Source: Callorhinchus milii
Taxonomy: Eukaryota
Assembly: GCF_018977255.1 (NCBI RefSeq)
Contig: NW_024704752.1
Location: forward strand, 14,198,001 to 14,262,000
Direction: 5' to 3'
Length of the DNA stretch: 64,000 nt
Part shown: positions 1 through 13,109 of the stretch, piece by piece
How positions within the stretch are numbered: the stretch's first letter is position 1
How the letters are laid out: every line of letters starts with the position of its first letter
Notes under the pieces: model-generated
Told to the model about the DNA's origin: nothing
Database searches by the model: none
What the model saw: the letters and a program-made list of their open reading frames with translations, nothing else
Translations under genes and position numbers: made by a program

Positions 1-454
1 CATTGCATGGGGGTTACACTGGAAATTAAATATAACAGCAGTACACAAGAGAGAGATCATCCAAAATAAACCAATGCAATGATAAAACAAATGAGGTGTA
101 AATTGTGATGCATTTTTCCTTCCTTGCCTATATATGGTTATTTCACCGCAGTGTGACTGGAATGGCGAGAGGAACAAGTGACATGCGCTACTTGACTTAA
201 ACTATGAGATCATATTAACACCCAACACCATCCCTCTCTACTTAGCGCTCAGATATCAACAGATAAAACCATAAGCAACACGATTGAGCATTTTAGGAGG
301 TGTCTACATACCATCCTTTGCTCTGCAACAGAAAACAACCACAATTCCACTCCTAAATGTTTCTTAGTAGGCGTTGCTTGTGTACCACAAAAATTCTGCG
401 CTTCAGCCTACGGATGGCAATTTTTTTTTCCGATTTCATCACTGTTGCTGTTGA

Positions 455-1020
455 TTCAACAACAGAATTACATTTGTACAGCGCCTTTCACGTCCGGAGG
501 ACATCCCAAGGCGCTGGACAGTCAGAGTTTTGGACCCGAGTTGGGGATCAGGATTGGGGAGGGAGGAGGGCAGAGGGGGAAGCAGGGTGATCGAAAGCAC
601 AGTTGAAGAGGGTCTAGAGATGGGGCTTGAAGGAGGAAGGGAGGTGTGAGGCGGAGGATGGGGGTGATAGGGTCATGGAGCCTGGTGCGGAAGAGGACAA
701 GGCTGCAGAGTTCTGGATAATCTGCAGCCTTTGGAAGGAGGCATTGGAGAGGCCGACAAGCAAGGAGTTTCCATAGTCAAGCCTTGATGTAATGAATGCG
801 TGTATGAGGGTTTTGGCGGCCCTGTGTGAGACAACGGGCAGAATCAGGCGATGTTGTGGAGGTAGAGGAAGGCAGAGTAGGCCATGGCACGGCTGTGTAG
901 AAAGGATAGTTTAAGGTCAAACAAGATGCCAAGGTTTTAGACTGGCTTAGTAAGGTGGAGTGTGCATCAATGGATGGTGATGCTGTCAGCGTCTGAGGTG
1001 AGGAGGTGCTGACGGGAGCC
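455..1020 (-). mobile_element. L2 (LINE2) 3' fragment, decayed
   Basis: The minus strand encodes TLIHAFITSRLDYGNSLLVGL (L2 ORF2 C-terminal motif) and ends in the hairpin tail plus (TTG)n. Confidence 0.8.
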
Positions 1021-1889
1021 AATCAGTAGAGCCGCGGTCATTCCAAAACCAGCAGCTGTACCAAAGAAACAAACTACAGTGTGATTCTTCATTTAGGTTC
1101 ATTTATTGCCTTATTGCCCTTTTGTATTTTGCAGAACTTTTATTTATAAAAGGAAATAAATTGTGAGTTGACTATCATTCTCTGCCCAGCCCCCATCCCC
1201 ACCGCCTCTTCTCATCACTAGGCCTTGTTGTTAATGCAACCTCTGACGCGTTCTTCCAAAGTGGTTAAAGTGCATACTCCCGCACTTTATACCTTTTAAT
1301 AGCAGCAATTGGTTTGAGGTTTAGAATTTGCAGATCAAAATATGAGAAAGGGGACTCAAACCACATCAATCTCTGCCTCTTTATGTTTGGATCACGATAG
1401 GTGTACTCGATGAACTCAATGGTACTTTGTATCTTTTTTTCATCTGTACATTTTCAAATCTTTTCCCAGTGTCAAAATCAAATTCAAAAGGAGTTTGAAG
1501 CATTGACATTTCTCTTTAAACGTAGTATCGTAAGCCAAATATCGAAGAATGTTTGGCCTACAATACTGTGTACAAAGATAAATTTTCTTCTTATAAAGAC
1601 ACTGGCTCATTCTGAGTGTATAGTCATGGGTGTTGTTAATAGTCCTATTAGTCATTCTTGATTTGTGAGCCTGGACAGTGAGTGTCAGCTGGTGAGGGAA
1701 TCCTGTCTTCACTCGATGCTCACACGAAAGGACTGTTCAGCAGTCGTTGAATGGTAATCAGGAATTGAAACTATTCTGATTTTTCCCTTCATAAGCTTTG
1801 GCCCATTAAGCAGGTTGCAGCATCACAAAAGAGGCCTCAGCAGAGAACTGTTTAATACCAGGCAATGAACTGGGTTCTTTATGATGTGA

Positions 1890-2045
1890 GTGACCCTTTG
1901 TCAGAACGTTTCATCAGAATATCGTGTAGCCGAAAAATTGACTCATTTTCCTCTCTCCATAGATGCTGCCTGACCTGCTGAGTGTTCCCAGCCACTTCTA
2001 TTTTTGTTTTCAGATTTCCAGCATCTGCAGTATTTTGTGGTTTCT
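1890..2045 (+). mobile_element. Penelope terminal-repeat fragment
   Basis: CTCCATAGATGCTGCCTGACCTGCTGAG..CCCAGC is homologous to the reverse complement of 46985-47030 at the end of the Penelope element. A shorter opposite-strand piece is at about 3815-3855. Confidence 0.6.
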
Positions 2046-2955
2046 TTATGATGTGTTTGGTTCATTTCCAGAAGCTGAACCACTGATTTACCAATGAAAC
2101 CATTGGAGGAATACTGGGGACTTCCTTATGGTGTAAATGAACATCAAAATACATTGGTAATTACCCCAGGCAGAAAATGTATGGAAACTGTAAATATAAA
2201 ATTGGAAGGAATGTGGATTTTGTTGGCTTAGGAGATATAATTGTTCAAAAACGAGGTGCAGCTACGCACAGAAATTCTAACCAAAACAGAAAAAAGATCC
2301 ACATCGACAGGCTCTCTGATTCCAGCCATTAATAGAAAACATTGGTGGAATGCATTTCTCCAGCTTCTCTGATGGCCCGGTTGGTCCAGACAATACCCAT
2401 TGTGAGATCTAGTCAGACATGACATGAAGAGCCCATGTTTGATCTATGCTCTGAGTTGTATGTGAGCTGGGAAGGGAGAAAGAACTAGAGACTGTTGCAC
2501 CCAAGGTCAGTGAAGCTGCTGATACTATCACTCTTGTGACTCTTATGAAGAATTTTCACATGGATGAAGCACTCAGGGGCAATGCGAGTATACTGCACCA
2601 AAAGTCAACAGGAGATGGAAAGAAGAGGAGGTTGATTAATTTTGTTTTGCTTAAAAGTTTCCAAGACAAACTGATGTATAAATACCACTTACCCTAGGAA
2701 ACTCCAGATTCATTTAAACAGATTATGCATGCAATGGAATGTGTTCTCCTCCCCACCTTCCTCGCGCCCCCATTTAATTAATTCTAATCTCAATCAATTG
2801 CAGGCAGAGCTGCTCTTTAATCTTGCAAACCCCCCTTCCCCCCCACACACAGACACCTTCACGACACAATGATAACAAGGGGAAACTGTTCAAGATTCTC
2901 AGATGTCGCGGCATGTTGGCCACATTCCCTGAGTAGCCTTGGAAATGTATCCATT

Positions 2956-2965
2956 GGGAATTTCC
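2956..2965 (+). promoter_or_regulatory. NF-kB consensus site GGGAATTTCC, about 2.2 kb upstream of gene A
   Basis: Exact match to GGGRNWYYCC; function inferred only. Confidence 0.4.
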
Positions 2966-5170
2966 CTGCAAATTCTAGCTCCAGTTATACGATAAATATT
3001 TAATGCCGCTATTTTTTAAACATTCCAAATTATATTCCAGAAAATTGCCTTCAGAGATAGTTTTCGGGTCAACAGAAGTGAGAGTTTCGGAAAATGTCTC
3101 TCCTCCCACTCCCTCACCAAAACTGGAGGAGTGGAGCTGTTGGGGGGTGGGGGGGGGGGGGGGGGTAACAGATAAACAGATTTAAGTCTGTGATTGGACA
3201 AATAAGAACCAGATGGAATAGTATAGAATTAAAGTTTTAAATAGAAGTTCGACAGAGAGAAGGAAAAAAAATCACAAGGTGAGAATTATCATTTATAACT
3301 ATGTATTCTAATTGAAACAATTATAGAAAACTTCATCAACAAACTTTCATGGTGATTATATTTGTATACATTATGAAAATTCGAAATGTATTTATTTTTT
3401 ATGCAGTCAAACTCTTTGTGCAGTTTGTCTCCAGGCTATTGTTGTGGCATTATAAAGAGAGCTTTTTGTACAAATGATTATTTTAAGAACTTGAGGAAAT
3501 GATATGTCTAAAGCTGTGTACAAACCCTAGTAAAAGACTATGCTGGAGAAATAACTCAATGGTTGAAGAAGCTTTGTTTACTTGTGTTTTTGAGTATCGA
3601 GTAGCACAGGATTGGTATTAACTTATGGTGCTGATTGTGTTTAATTTTGAATACGGTCTCACTGCGAATGTTTAGAGATGTACAGTGTTTCCTGACCAGA
3701 TGTAGAAGCACAGAAGTTGTGGGCTCACCATGTGCAAGCCTTTAGAGTGAAGATATTATCGGTCACACTGATCACAATGTGGAGGCAACAACATGTAACA
3801 GGAGTGAAAAAAAACAAAAGGCAACATACTGCAGATGCTGGAAATATGAAATAAAATCTTAACAACAACAACCAAAATTCATTTATATAGTGCCTTTCAC
3901 GTCTGGAGGATGTCCCATAAGGCACTTATGATCCAAATAAAGAAAATTTGAAAAACACAGCCATAAAGTTAGTTTAGATTCAGCAACGTTCAGCCAGAGA
4001 ACCTCAATGCAACATAGATTTGAAGAAAATGTATGCAGTAAAACCTCATTGACCAGTGAGACATCAGTATTGTTCCTGTATTATATTCACCACAAGATAA
4101 TTAACATTCATAACAGCTAGTGATATTCTGATACTTTAGTGCGAACAGGGCTATTGGCCTAGTATACTTACAGGCTTTTTTTTGCTACTCAATACTTAAA
4201 AATACAAGTAGAAGAAGCCTTCTTCAACCATTTGTTATTTCTCCAGCATGGTCTGTTTATAGGGTTTGTACACGCTTTGACATATCACTTCCTCAAGTTC
4301 TTAAAATGATCAATTGCGCAAAAAACTCTCTTTATAACTCCCCAACAATAGCCTGGAGACAACCAGATGTCTGACACATGCAGAAACCCATCACCATGCT
4401 CAACAGTACCCAAATCAAACCGAGAATTCAATGAATCATATCTACACATGGGAATTCCAGAGGTAGATTGTTGGAATATATTGTGCTCTCTCTCTCCCTG
4501 GAGGTGGATGGGTACATAAGGGTCAGGAGGATAAATGCACCACATGGACTGGTATTCAACAATACAGACCAGACCACCCTCTTGGTAGGTCAGTGGATAA
4601 ATATATCACCTGGCGTGGGTAGTTTGGAAAGTGAGAGGTGAGCTTCTTGTTTGTACGACTCTCATCGCAACGCCCAACCCTGTCCTCACCCAGCATTCAG
4701 AATTGTGCACTTTTTTGAACAGAAGTCAATGGATAATATTAAGAATCAAGAAGAAGAATTGAGTTTTTCAAGTTTTCTTATCTCAAGGCAACGAGATCAG
4801 CTGTTCTCACATCCTCTCTCTCACCCCCCAACACCCCTGCCCCCCACCCCAACCCCAGATCATGCAACGTCCATGATCTCTAGGTGTGGCTTTGTGGAAA
4901 CAAACCGCGTTGAGTCTTTCTGTACTCCAATTAAAAAGTTCTGAGAATTGAAATGAGCTGAATTTGCGTTTTGGATTTTCGAAGATGCAAAAACTGCCCT
5001 TAGATGAAACTTAAAAGTAACACCTTTTGGTACTAGACGCTTCAGTAACCAAAGATCGCTTTCCTGTGTTTAAGAAGCTTTAAGAAAGGGGAGCTGTTCA
5101 CCACTAAGTACATCAACCAAACGAATTCAGAACTGCAGCCGTTCAGAAGAGACAAGAACAGGGCTCCACA

Positions 5171-7577
5171 ATGTTTTATCACTCCAAGAAAACTCTCCAG
5201 ATCACAGTTCTTGTCGTCCTCTTTGCCATTGTCTTGGGGTCCGGTAACTCATGTAAGTTTTATTTTTGGAATAGTTTGTAATTTCAGTACATTTGATCAG
5301 CTTGTTTTACCCTAGGTGTGTGTAAAATTTTGATTTCTAGATCGACGCCCAACCAAGGTGACCACAAACTGCTGCAAGCAAGTCTCTGGGAGGCGAATCA
5401 TGTATAATGTTACACATTATACAATTCAGAATGGAATGCCTCCTTGTGTGGAAGCTGTAATGTAAGCAACACTTTCTAATTATTTTAAATCGAGCTGATT
5501 ACAATACTGTGAGTTCAAAGACCCATCGTGCGGCTTCAACCCACAAGCGACACAGAGGCTGAGCCAGGCTGATAAAATGGTTTTGTTCCAAATATGCTAC
5601 GTAACGTAGACATTAAGCTACGGTCTCAAAAACTGGAAAGTCCATGCTGTTTAAGCAACAGCCCATGACTAAGACTGTGATGTAATCACAATGCACTGTT
5701 TCAATAGTCACATTCACAGCTAACGTGTTCCCAGTTCCCAGCAGTGACAGGAATTCTTCCATGCATAAGAGAACATTATTTAAATTATACTCTTCATTCC
5801 CCTCCACCCCCCAACACAATAATCTAGTCCTGTGTTTGCATGTACAATAACACCAGATCAGGAGCAACAAGTATATTAAAACAAAATTCAATCTAAACGA
5901 ACTGTTAATAATTCTCCATTTAGCAAAATACTGTAGTAACAAAATTGCAATGTTGTGTTTTGACTACATCAAATTTAACAGAACACAGACATTTGTTTGG
6001 ATACACTTAAGCAAGGTGAAGGATTGTTGCGTATGTTAGAAACACGGCTGACCAAAAAGAAAGCAGAAACACAGAATTATTTGGCTAAATGACTGATCAG
6101 GAGCTGGTACACTTGTCTGTTATTGAAACTGAAAGATCTGAAGCTCCAAACATTATGCTTAATTCAATTTGAATTTGGTGATAATGGAAAAAAATAATAG
6201 TTTTTTTTCTTTAATTAAATTAAGATAAGTTTATTTTGTGGCAGGAAAGTCTTGTGCTCTCTTTGAAGGTGCTCAGTGAATTACTCAGGATGTGAAGGCA
6301 TCTGTAAATACTATTGGAGATTTAAAAGTGAAACTGCACAGTGAGGGAAATCAACACTGAATCTAAAACTGATACTTCTCCAAATAAAATAAGTGCGGTG
6401 TGTGTGGCACAATGCCATCAAAGTGGCATAAATCCTGTGCGAGTTGAAAAAGATCGGGTCTATACAAAAGAAGTTGCTCAGGGGTTTGAAATGTTTTGAT
6501 CTGAGTCATTTCCTAATGGGAAGTTGACCAGAATCCGGGTTACCCAGAGTGGAATATGGCTAATGAGCTGGACCGCTTTGGCTTTTGACTCCTAATAGCA
6601 AGATCAGAGGGTCATGTAGAAATAAGCCTCAGGGTTCACCAATCCTCCTGGTATTAGGTTGTGGACAGACTGGGATAATATAGAAAAAAATAAAGCGATC
6701 TTATCTCAAAAGTGTCCAATTTTTCCAAATTGCATAACTGCTGCTTTCAGTGTAAATTACTGTTTACTAATCTACGGAGTAATGTTTCACAGGCAGTAAG
6801 TTCTCTCCACTTTTACAAGGTGTTCAGATAATGTTGACTTCACAAAAAAAATCAGCGTGAAAGTGTTTTACTGTTACTATTCATTGTTACATGCACTTCT
6901 TCACTCAGAAACAAATAAATGACTTGAACAGGTTGCCAGGAAGGATGGTTGCAGCTAGGACTTTTGTCTTGTTTAAAAGTCTGCTCGATGCTGTGATGGG
7001 AGGAGAGTATTCTGGAGGGATGAGATCTAATGGTCTACAGGGTCCTCTTCATCCGAACCAATTTGGTGAACCCGTGTTCTAAAATATAATTTGAACCCCT
7101 TTTGTCTCAAATAAAAATATACACCGCTTGTTCCTCATCTACTTTAGATTCTACACATCGGAGATAGGAGCCATTTGTTCCAATCCTACTCTACTCTGGG
7201 TGGCGAGAAAGATCAAAATGATTGAGTAAGTCAAATGTAATATGGCAAGGATTTTATCTTGATCATTTATTGCTTCAGTCACTCTCATGTTTATTCTTGG
7301 CCTTTCTATCTGTTTCATTTGTAATTGCTTGAATTGCTTGTAATTGCTTTCTGTGTTCAAAGTAATAATAATAATTCTTGCATCTGATATAGCGCCTTAT
7401 TGTCTCAGTATTTCAACTATTCATACCATTAAATTACCTAATTCACATGAATATGTTCATTTTTGTTTCTAAACAATACTATTAGTGTATTGATCACTAA
7501 ACATCATTTTCTTTTTTATTTCATTCAGAAACAAGATAGCAGCTGCCCGAGGGAATGACAGAGCGATTGCAGATTGA
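5171..7577 (+). CDS. CC chemokine, CCL34-like (gene A), 4 exons: 5171-5252, 5341-5461, 7148-7225, 7529-7577; 109 aa
   Basis: Manual splicing with GT..AG introns gives an open frame: MFYHSKKTLQITVLVVLFAIVLGSGNS-YRRPTKVTTNCCKQVSGRRIMYNVTHYTIQNGMPPCVEAVI-FYTSEIGAICSNPTLLWVARKIKMIE-NKIAAARGNDRAIAD*. It has a signal peptide, CC motif, third Cys, and a C-x-x-P...WV motif. The subfamily call is from recalled similarity to teleost CCL34 and needs a phylogeny. Confidence 0.92.
6895..7070 (+). mobile_element. Old CR1-like 3' end fragment in intron 2 of gene A
   Basis: Encodes NRLPGRMVAARTFVLFKSLLDAVM (CR1 ORF2 C-terminus-like); homologous inverted copy at about 51225-51390. Confidence 0.6.
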
Positions 7578-8761
7578 AAGGATTTTTCAGCTTATGTTTT
7601 TTCAGCTAATTCTTTTACATTTTCCTTGCAATATTAAAGTTTAAAATCTGTTAAACCTTCAATTACTAGATATTCAAGCTTTCTTTGTCATATTCTACAC
7701 GCCGTATTCAAAGTAATAATAATAGTCCTTGCATTTGATATAGAGCCTTATCATGTTGTTGAGACATCGCAAAGTGCTTCACAGTATACATGCAAAGTAC
7801 AGTTGCAGTAATGTAAAATTAAAAAAGTCTAGTTACTCTAATGCTTATCTCCCCCCCCTCTTGATCATTTGTTGCCTCAGTCTCTCTTTTGTTTGGCACT
7901 TTTTAATCTAGGATTCTGAGAATTTGACTAATCTGCCCAGTGGAATTCAGAGAAATCCATATCAAGTGCAAACACCACTGACTTTTTTTTCTCCTGTTGA
8001 TGTAGACTCAGAGGTTTTATTAAAGGATTCAAATGAAGAAAAAAAGAACGTGTGTATGTCATGATATTTTACCCCTATGCTTTGCAAATGACAACAACCA
8101 ACAACTTGCATTTATATAGCGCCCCGCACGCAGACAGCGAACCAGGGGGTAGGGGGAAGTGACTGTAGGCACAGTCGAATATCATTGTATACAATAATCA
8201 TTAAATATAGTTGCATTGTCAACATGGTTCCGTTATTTTCTATTTTATACCTGACATTGGCCTGGTTAACTGGCCTGATGAGAGGTATACTAAATGGGGA
8301 ATTCAAAACTACAAGACCTTTTCCATATTCTGTAGTGAATATCTGCCTGCACTCACTGTCGAAGCTCAGACACGAAGAATGATCATCTGGGGCTGCCAGC
8401 AGCCACTGAACCACACTCCAATATGATTCGATGCGTTCAGGGCAGGAAGGACGAAAATCAGGAGGAATGGAGAAAGGAGAAAAAGATGCAGCTGAGAAGC
8501 AATGTGGCCCATGTTGGCATCATTTCCTTCTCATAAGTTTTCTTTCTGCGAAGGATGAATAAGATTCTTCAACAACAACATCAAAAGACAAACCAGAACA
8601 GAGAGAGATCTAAGTCTAACTAATTTAATAGTACTTGCTGGTGAAAATTCAATGCCAATTTGAAGAGGGAAGTTTGAGCTCCAGTGAATATTAAGAATGA
8701 ATATAAAATTAATGTCAAATAAGACCGATTTTAACTTGACTCTTTCAAGAAGTTCCTTTGT

Positions 8762-9081
8762 GGAGTCCTGTAGCTCAGTGGTTAGAGCACTCGCTTTGCA
8801 AGTGAGAGACCTGAGTTCAATTCCAGGCAGAGGGCGAAACCTTGGGCAAGTTTCCTCACTCCACACACCTAATAATAATCCTTCCAAAAAACCAAAAACA
8901 ATAATAAAATTGGTCATTTTCAATCTACGACTGTCTGTGGGACATTGCTGTGCGCAATTGGCAGCCGCGTTCGCCCACAACTATACAGTCAATTCACTTT
9001 ACAGTGTGTTCTGTGAAGCGCTTTGGGACGTCCTCCCGACGTGAAAAGCGCTATATCAAATGCAAGGATTATTATTATTAT
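8762..9081 (+). mobile_element. Young tRNA(Ala-like)-derived Deu-type SINE with L2 tail, full length
   Basis: Head GGAGTCCTGTAGCTCAGTGGTTAGAGC (A box)..TTTGCAA..GAGTTCAATTCC (B box); core TGTGGGACATTGCTGTGCGCAATTGGC; L2-like tail and (ATT)n. Confidence 0.9.
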
Positions 9082-11142
9082 TTGTTATGCACTTAATGTT
9101 GTCATTTTGGCCCACAGAGGATCCTTATCCTCCTATGAAGGTAAATAATTTCCTAAATGGGCTCATACATAGTGCATTTTCTTGTAAGCAGCATCACAGC
9201 CTAAGGCTGTCACCCAAAAATATTTAGATGTAAGTTTTCGCAGTAAGATGTAGGCAGGTGGAAAAGGATCTTTTTGGTCAGCAGGTGAAACCCATCACCA
9301 TGCTTAAGAGTATCCAAACCAAACTGAGAGCTCCATGGACACATGGAATCCCAGAGATACTTGTTGCATGGTGGTAATGCTCTCACACATTTCAGGCTGA
9401 GCTGGGTTTCCCAATAGGAAGCTCACAGGGTGTTCTGGTACCTACTATCCACCTTGTGAGGGCTCAGACCTGTGCTTGCCGGATGTCAAATGAGCAGGTT
9501 CACACATTATGTTGTTATCAATATTACGTTATCTAATTCTCTTTCATGGTGTGTGTGGTTGTGAATCTTCAGTCTCTTTTTCTCTTGTGCTGCAAGCAGA
9601 GACATCCTCTCGATGTGAAATATGCTATGTAAATACAATTTGTTGACCTTCTTCAGGAGAGACATGGAAACAATTTAAATTTAAATCTAGCCGTCGCTTC
9701 AAAAATGTTGAGTTTCTAAACATGGTGCTGTGAAAGCAGGGTTTTCTCATAAATTAATGGCTGTATCTACTCATAGAATAGTAAATGGCTTATGCTGTAA
9801 AAAAGTACAAATTTACTCTTGCTGACCTACACTTATTGAGCTGTTCACGTTTGAGTGCATCATTGTTACCAAGGTGGTAAGAGCTTGAGTCAAGGGTCGT
9901 TGGAAACAAGAACAGATGTGGTGAGAAGCTGTTGCATTGCAGTGGAACTATATGTTGCAGGCTCACATAGTTATAGATTTTAGTAATTCAGCAAATCTAG
10001 AAGATCCAGTCTGCAATAAGTGTGAGACAGCGGGTTGAAAAATGTTATGTTTCACAACAGCTTTGACGTAACAGTTACCTCATTGAATCCTTCATGAAAT
10101 GATGAGGCTTTTCACCCCAATTATTCAATAATAATAATAATAATCGCTGCATTTGATATGAGGAAAGAGAAACTGGGGATATTGTCCTGGAATTAGATAT
10201 CGACAGAAAGGGTTGAGAAAAGATCTGAAAGAAGTTTCAAAATTATGAATGGGTTTGATAAAGTAAACAGTGAGAAATGATTTGCACTCGTCAGTGAATC
10301 AGCAACTAGGGGTGTCGCTTTAAGTTAATTGCTAAAACAATTTGGAACAATTTAAAACAGCAAAGAAAGTTAAGATTTATTTTTACAGAAAGATTCATAT
10401 GTTTCACAGCCCCAACATATAAGGCTCTTTATATGTTCAGACTATATAAAATATATGGATTATTATAATAATAGTAATAATAATCCTTGCATTTGATACG
10501 CAAGGCACCTTATCATGTCTTCGAGACGTCTCAAAGCACTTCACAGAATGTACTGTAAAATGTAGTGACTATGTATTTTGTGGGAGAAATTATATTACAG
10601 TTTAAATTACTCTGTAGAGGTAGTTTCTAAGTAGTATTCAGTGGTGGGTCAGCCAGACCAATAACACTGCCATGTTACATATGAATGGATGTTGCTTTTC
10701 TTAGTATGTTTGATCTTCCTAAAATAGCTGCAGGAGATTGATATTTTGTTCTCCAAGTATTTTGTTAAGCCATTAAAGCAAGTCTTATTAACAGTCCCAG
10801 GTGCACCGATGATCATATGTTTGTTTTATACTGCCACATGCGTCCTCATTCAATTTGTAGATCGATATATTTCTTCAACTAGTTCCTTATTACTTACGTT
10901 GCAATCACTTGGGATAGCCACACTAATAATACTACATGAACAATCTATTTATATTATTATTAGAGGGAAAAGGCAGAGGAATAGGATTTAATCGATAGCT
11001 CCTCCAGAGAGAGAGAGAGAGAGAGCACAGGCGTGATGGCCAAATAAATGGCTTCTATCTTTACTGTAAATCTCTAGGGTTTTATCAAGCTAACTATTTG
11101 TGCATCACAAGATTTCACTCTCCTGGAGATCCTGTCAAATTT

Positions 11143-12105
11143 AACATAACATAACATGTAGGAGCAGGAGTAGGCCATTCAGCCCTTCGAGCCTGCCCCA
11201 CCATTCAATCATGGCTGATCTTCTAATCTAACTCCAGCTAATAACCTAACCCTGCCTTATCCCCATATCCCTTAATCCCTTTTGCAATAAGAAATATATC
11301 GATCTCAGTCTTGAACAGCCCTTTGGGGTAGCGAGTTCCATACATTCACCACCCATTGAGTGAAGAAGCTCTTCCTCAACTCAGTGCGAAAGGGCCGGCC
11401 TCTGATTTTAAGGTTGTGACCCCTGGTTTTAGTTTCTCCAACCGGGGGAAACAATCTCCCACTATCTACTCTATCATGTCTTTTGATAATCTTATAGGTT
11501 TCTATAAGATCCCCTCTAATTCTTCTATATTGGAGAGAATATAGGCCCAAATTGGTCAGCCTATCCTCATAACTCATCCCCTTCAACCCTGGTACTAACC
11601 TAGTAAATCTACACTGCACCCCCTCCAAGGGAAGTACATCCTTTCTTAAATAAGGAGACCAAAACTGCACACAGTACTCCAGGTGTGGTCTCACCAGGAT
11701 CCTATACAGTTGCAGCAAGATTTCTCTACTCTTATACTCTAATCCTTTCATAATGAACGTTAACATACCGTTCGCTTTCCTAATTGCTCGCTGCACCTGC
11801 AGACTAACTTTCTGTGATTGGTGTACAAGGACACCCAAGTCCCTCTGGACGCTAACACATTCCAATCTCTCCCCTTCTAAAAAATAACCCGCTCTACTGT
11901 TTTTCCTACCTAGGTGGATGACTTCGCACTTCCCTACATTATACTTCATCTGCCACCTACCTGCCCAATCACCTAAGCTATCTATGTTGCGCTGCATTTT
12001 TTAAATGTCATTCTCTGTGTTGACACTTCCTCCTAGTTTTGTGTCATCCGCAAATTTAGATATGTTAACTTCGATGTCCTCATCTAGAAAGTTGACGTAG
12101 ATGGT
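11143..12105 (-). mobile_element. CR1 LINE, 5'-truncated (RT C-terminal part plus 3'UTR)
   Basis: ORF 11305-11997 contains WQMKYNVGKCEVIHLG, RDLGVLV, LYRILVRPHLEYCVQFWSP and TRGHNLK, typical of CR1 ORF2. Upstream minus strand reads ..SKFADDTKLGG. Tail is (ATGTT)n. Confidence 0.93.
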
Positions 12106-12432
12106 AAATTTTCAAAAGTATCCTTACAAACATCCTATAGTCATTCTTTAAATATCATTTGACTTGACTTTACAGGAGGTCCAAAAAGCTTTACTTATGA
12201 CATGGAATGTAACAGCACCCTCTGCCTGTTCATGATACACCATGACACTAAAATTAAACCAGAGAGGAAATGTTATGTCGAGCCAACGTGAATTTCCTCT
12301 GAAGAACAAAAACCAGAACAAAAGACAGTCTGGATAGTTAAACGACAACCGTGGAGTTTGAAAATGATTTAATTCCTTTTTAAATTAGGTACTGAGAACC
12401 TAAATACAAGTTTTTAAGTATTGCTTTTCTTC

Positions 12433-12433
<1 letters not shown>

Positions 12434-12455
<22 letters not shown>
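12434..12455. repeat. (TG)n microsatellite
   Basis: Direct reading. Confidence 0.9.
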
Positions 12456-12464
<9 letters not shown>

Positions 12465-13109
12465 CAACCCAATGTTTGTGCATTTGTAGGTCTGCTAGTA
12501 TGTGTAGGGGAGTGGCTGTCAACAGTTCAGAGTTGATATCAGCAGCAACGTACTGGAGCTGCAGCTGCAGCTGCTTGGAATTTGTACAAAGAATGATTAT
12601 TATTTAAATTTGTTATTAATTAATTTCTTTTGTTTTTAAAATATTAAATATTATTTTAGCACAGTAATGGTGACTGTGCTCATCAATGTATCCCACACAG
12701 GGAAATGGGGACAGGCTGCAATTTCCAACTTGATCTGAACCATTACAAATCGACACAGTAATAATGCATGAAAAATGATCCTGGTCTTGTAATTACCAGA
12801 ATAATGCTCCATTATTAAGATTTCAATTTGAATAATGTCCAATTGAAAATACAAATTGTCAAAGAATTGGTGTACCTTTGGGAGGCACAACTTATTGCTT
12901 CTAAATCCATTGTTAGCTACTCGTAACCTCTACGCTCTTTTAAATGAGCATTGTTAATATCTCATGTATTGCTCAAAACAGGATGTTCCTCAATGCAACT
13001 GTTCAGAACAAAGGGAAAATAGAGGGGGCTTCAGGGTGGTTTGTTGCTTTTCAGAAATATAAATGACGTGCATGAGCAAAGGCGTTTTATTCTCCATTAC
13101 TTATATAGT

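Noticed and set aside
8762-8835. tRNA-Ala(TGC)-like sequence (also at 14480-14551, 20800-20871, 25763-25835, 30898-30970)
   Set aside because: The acceptor stem cannot pair, and each copy continues into the same SINE body; these are SINE heads, not tRNA genes.
8531-9044. Recurrent similar ORFs ([15 protein letters not shown].., MGKFPYSTQS.., ESCSSVVRALALQ..) at several loci
   Set aside because: They are translations of the SINE on either strand, not a protein family.
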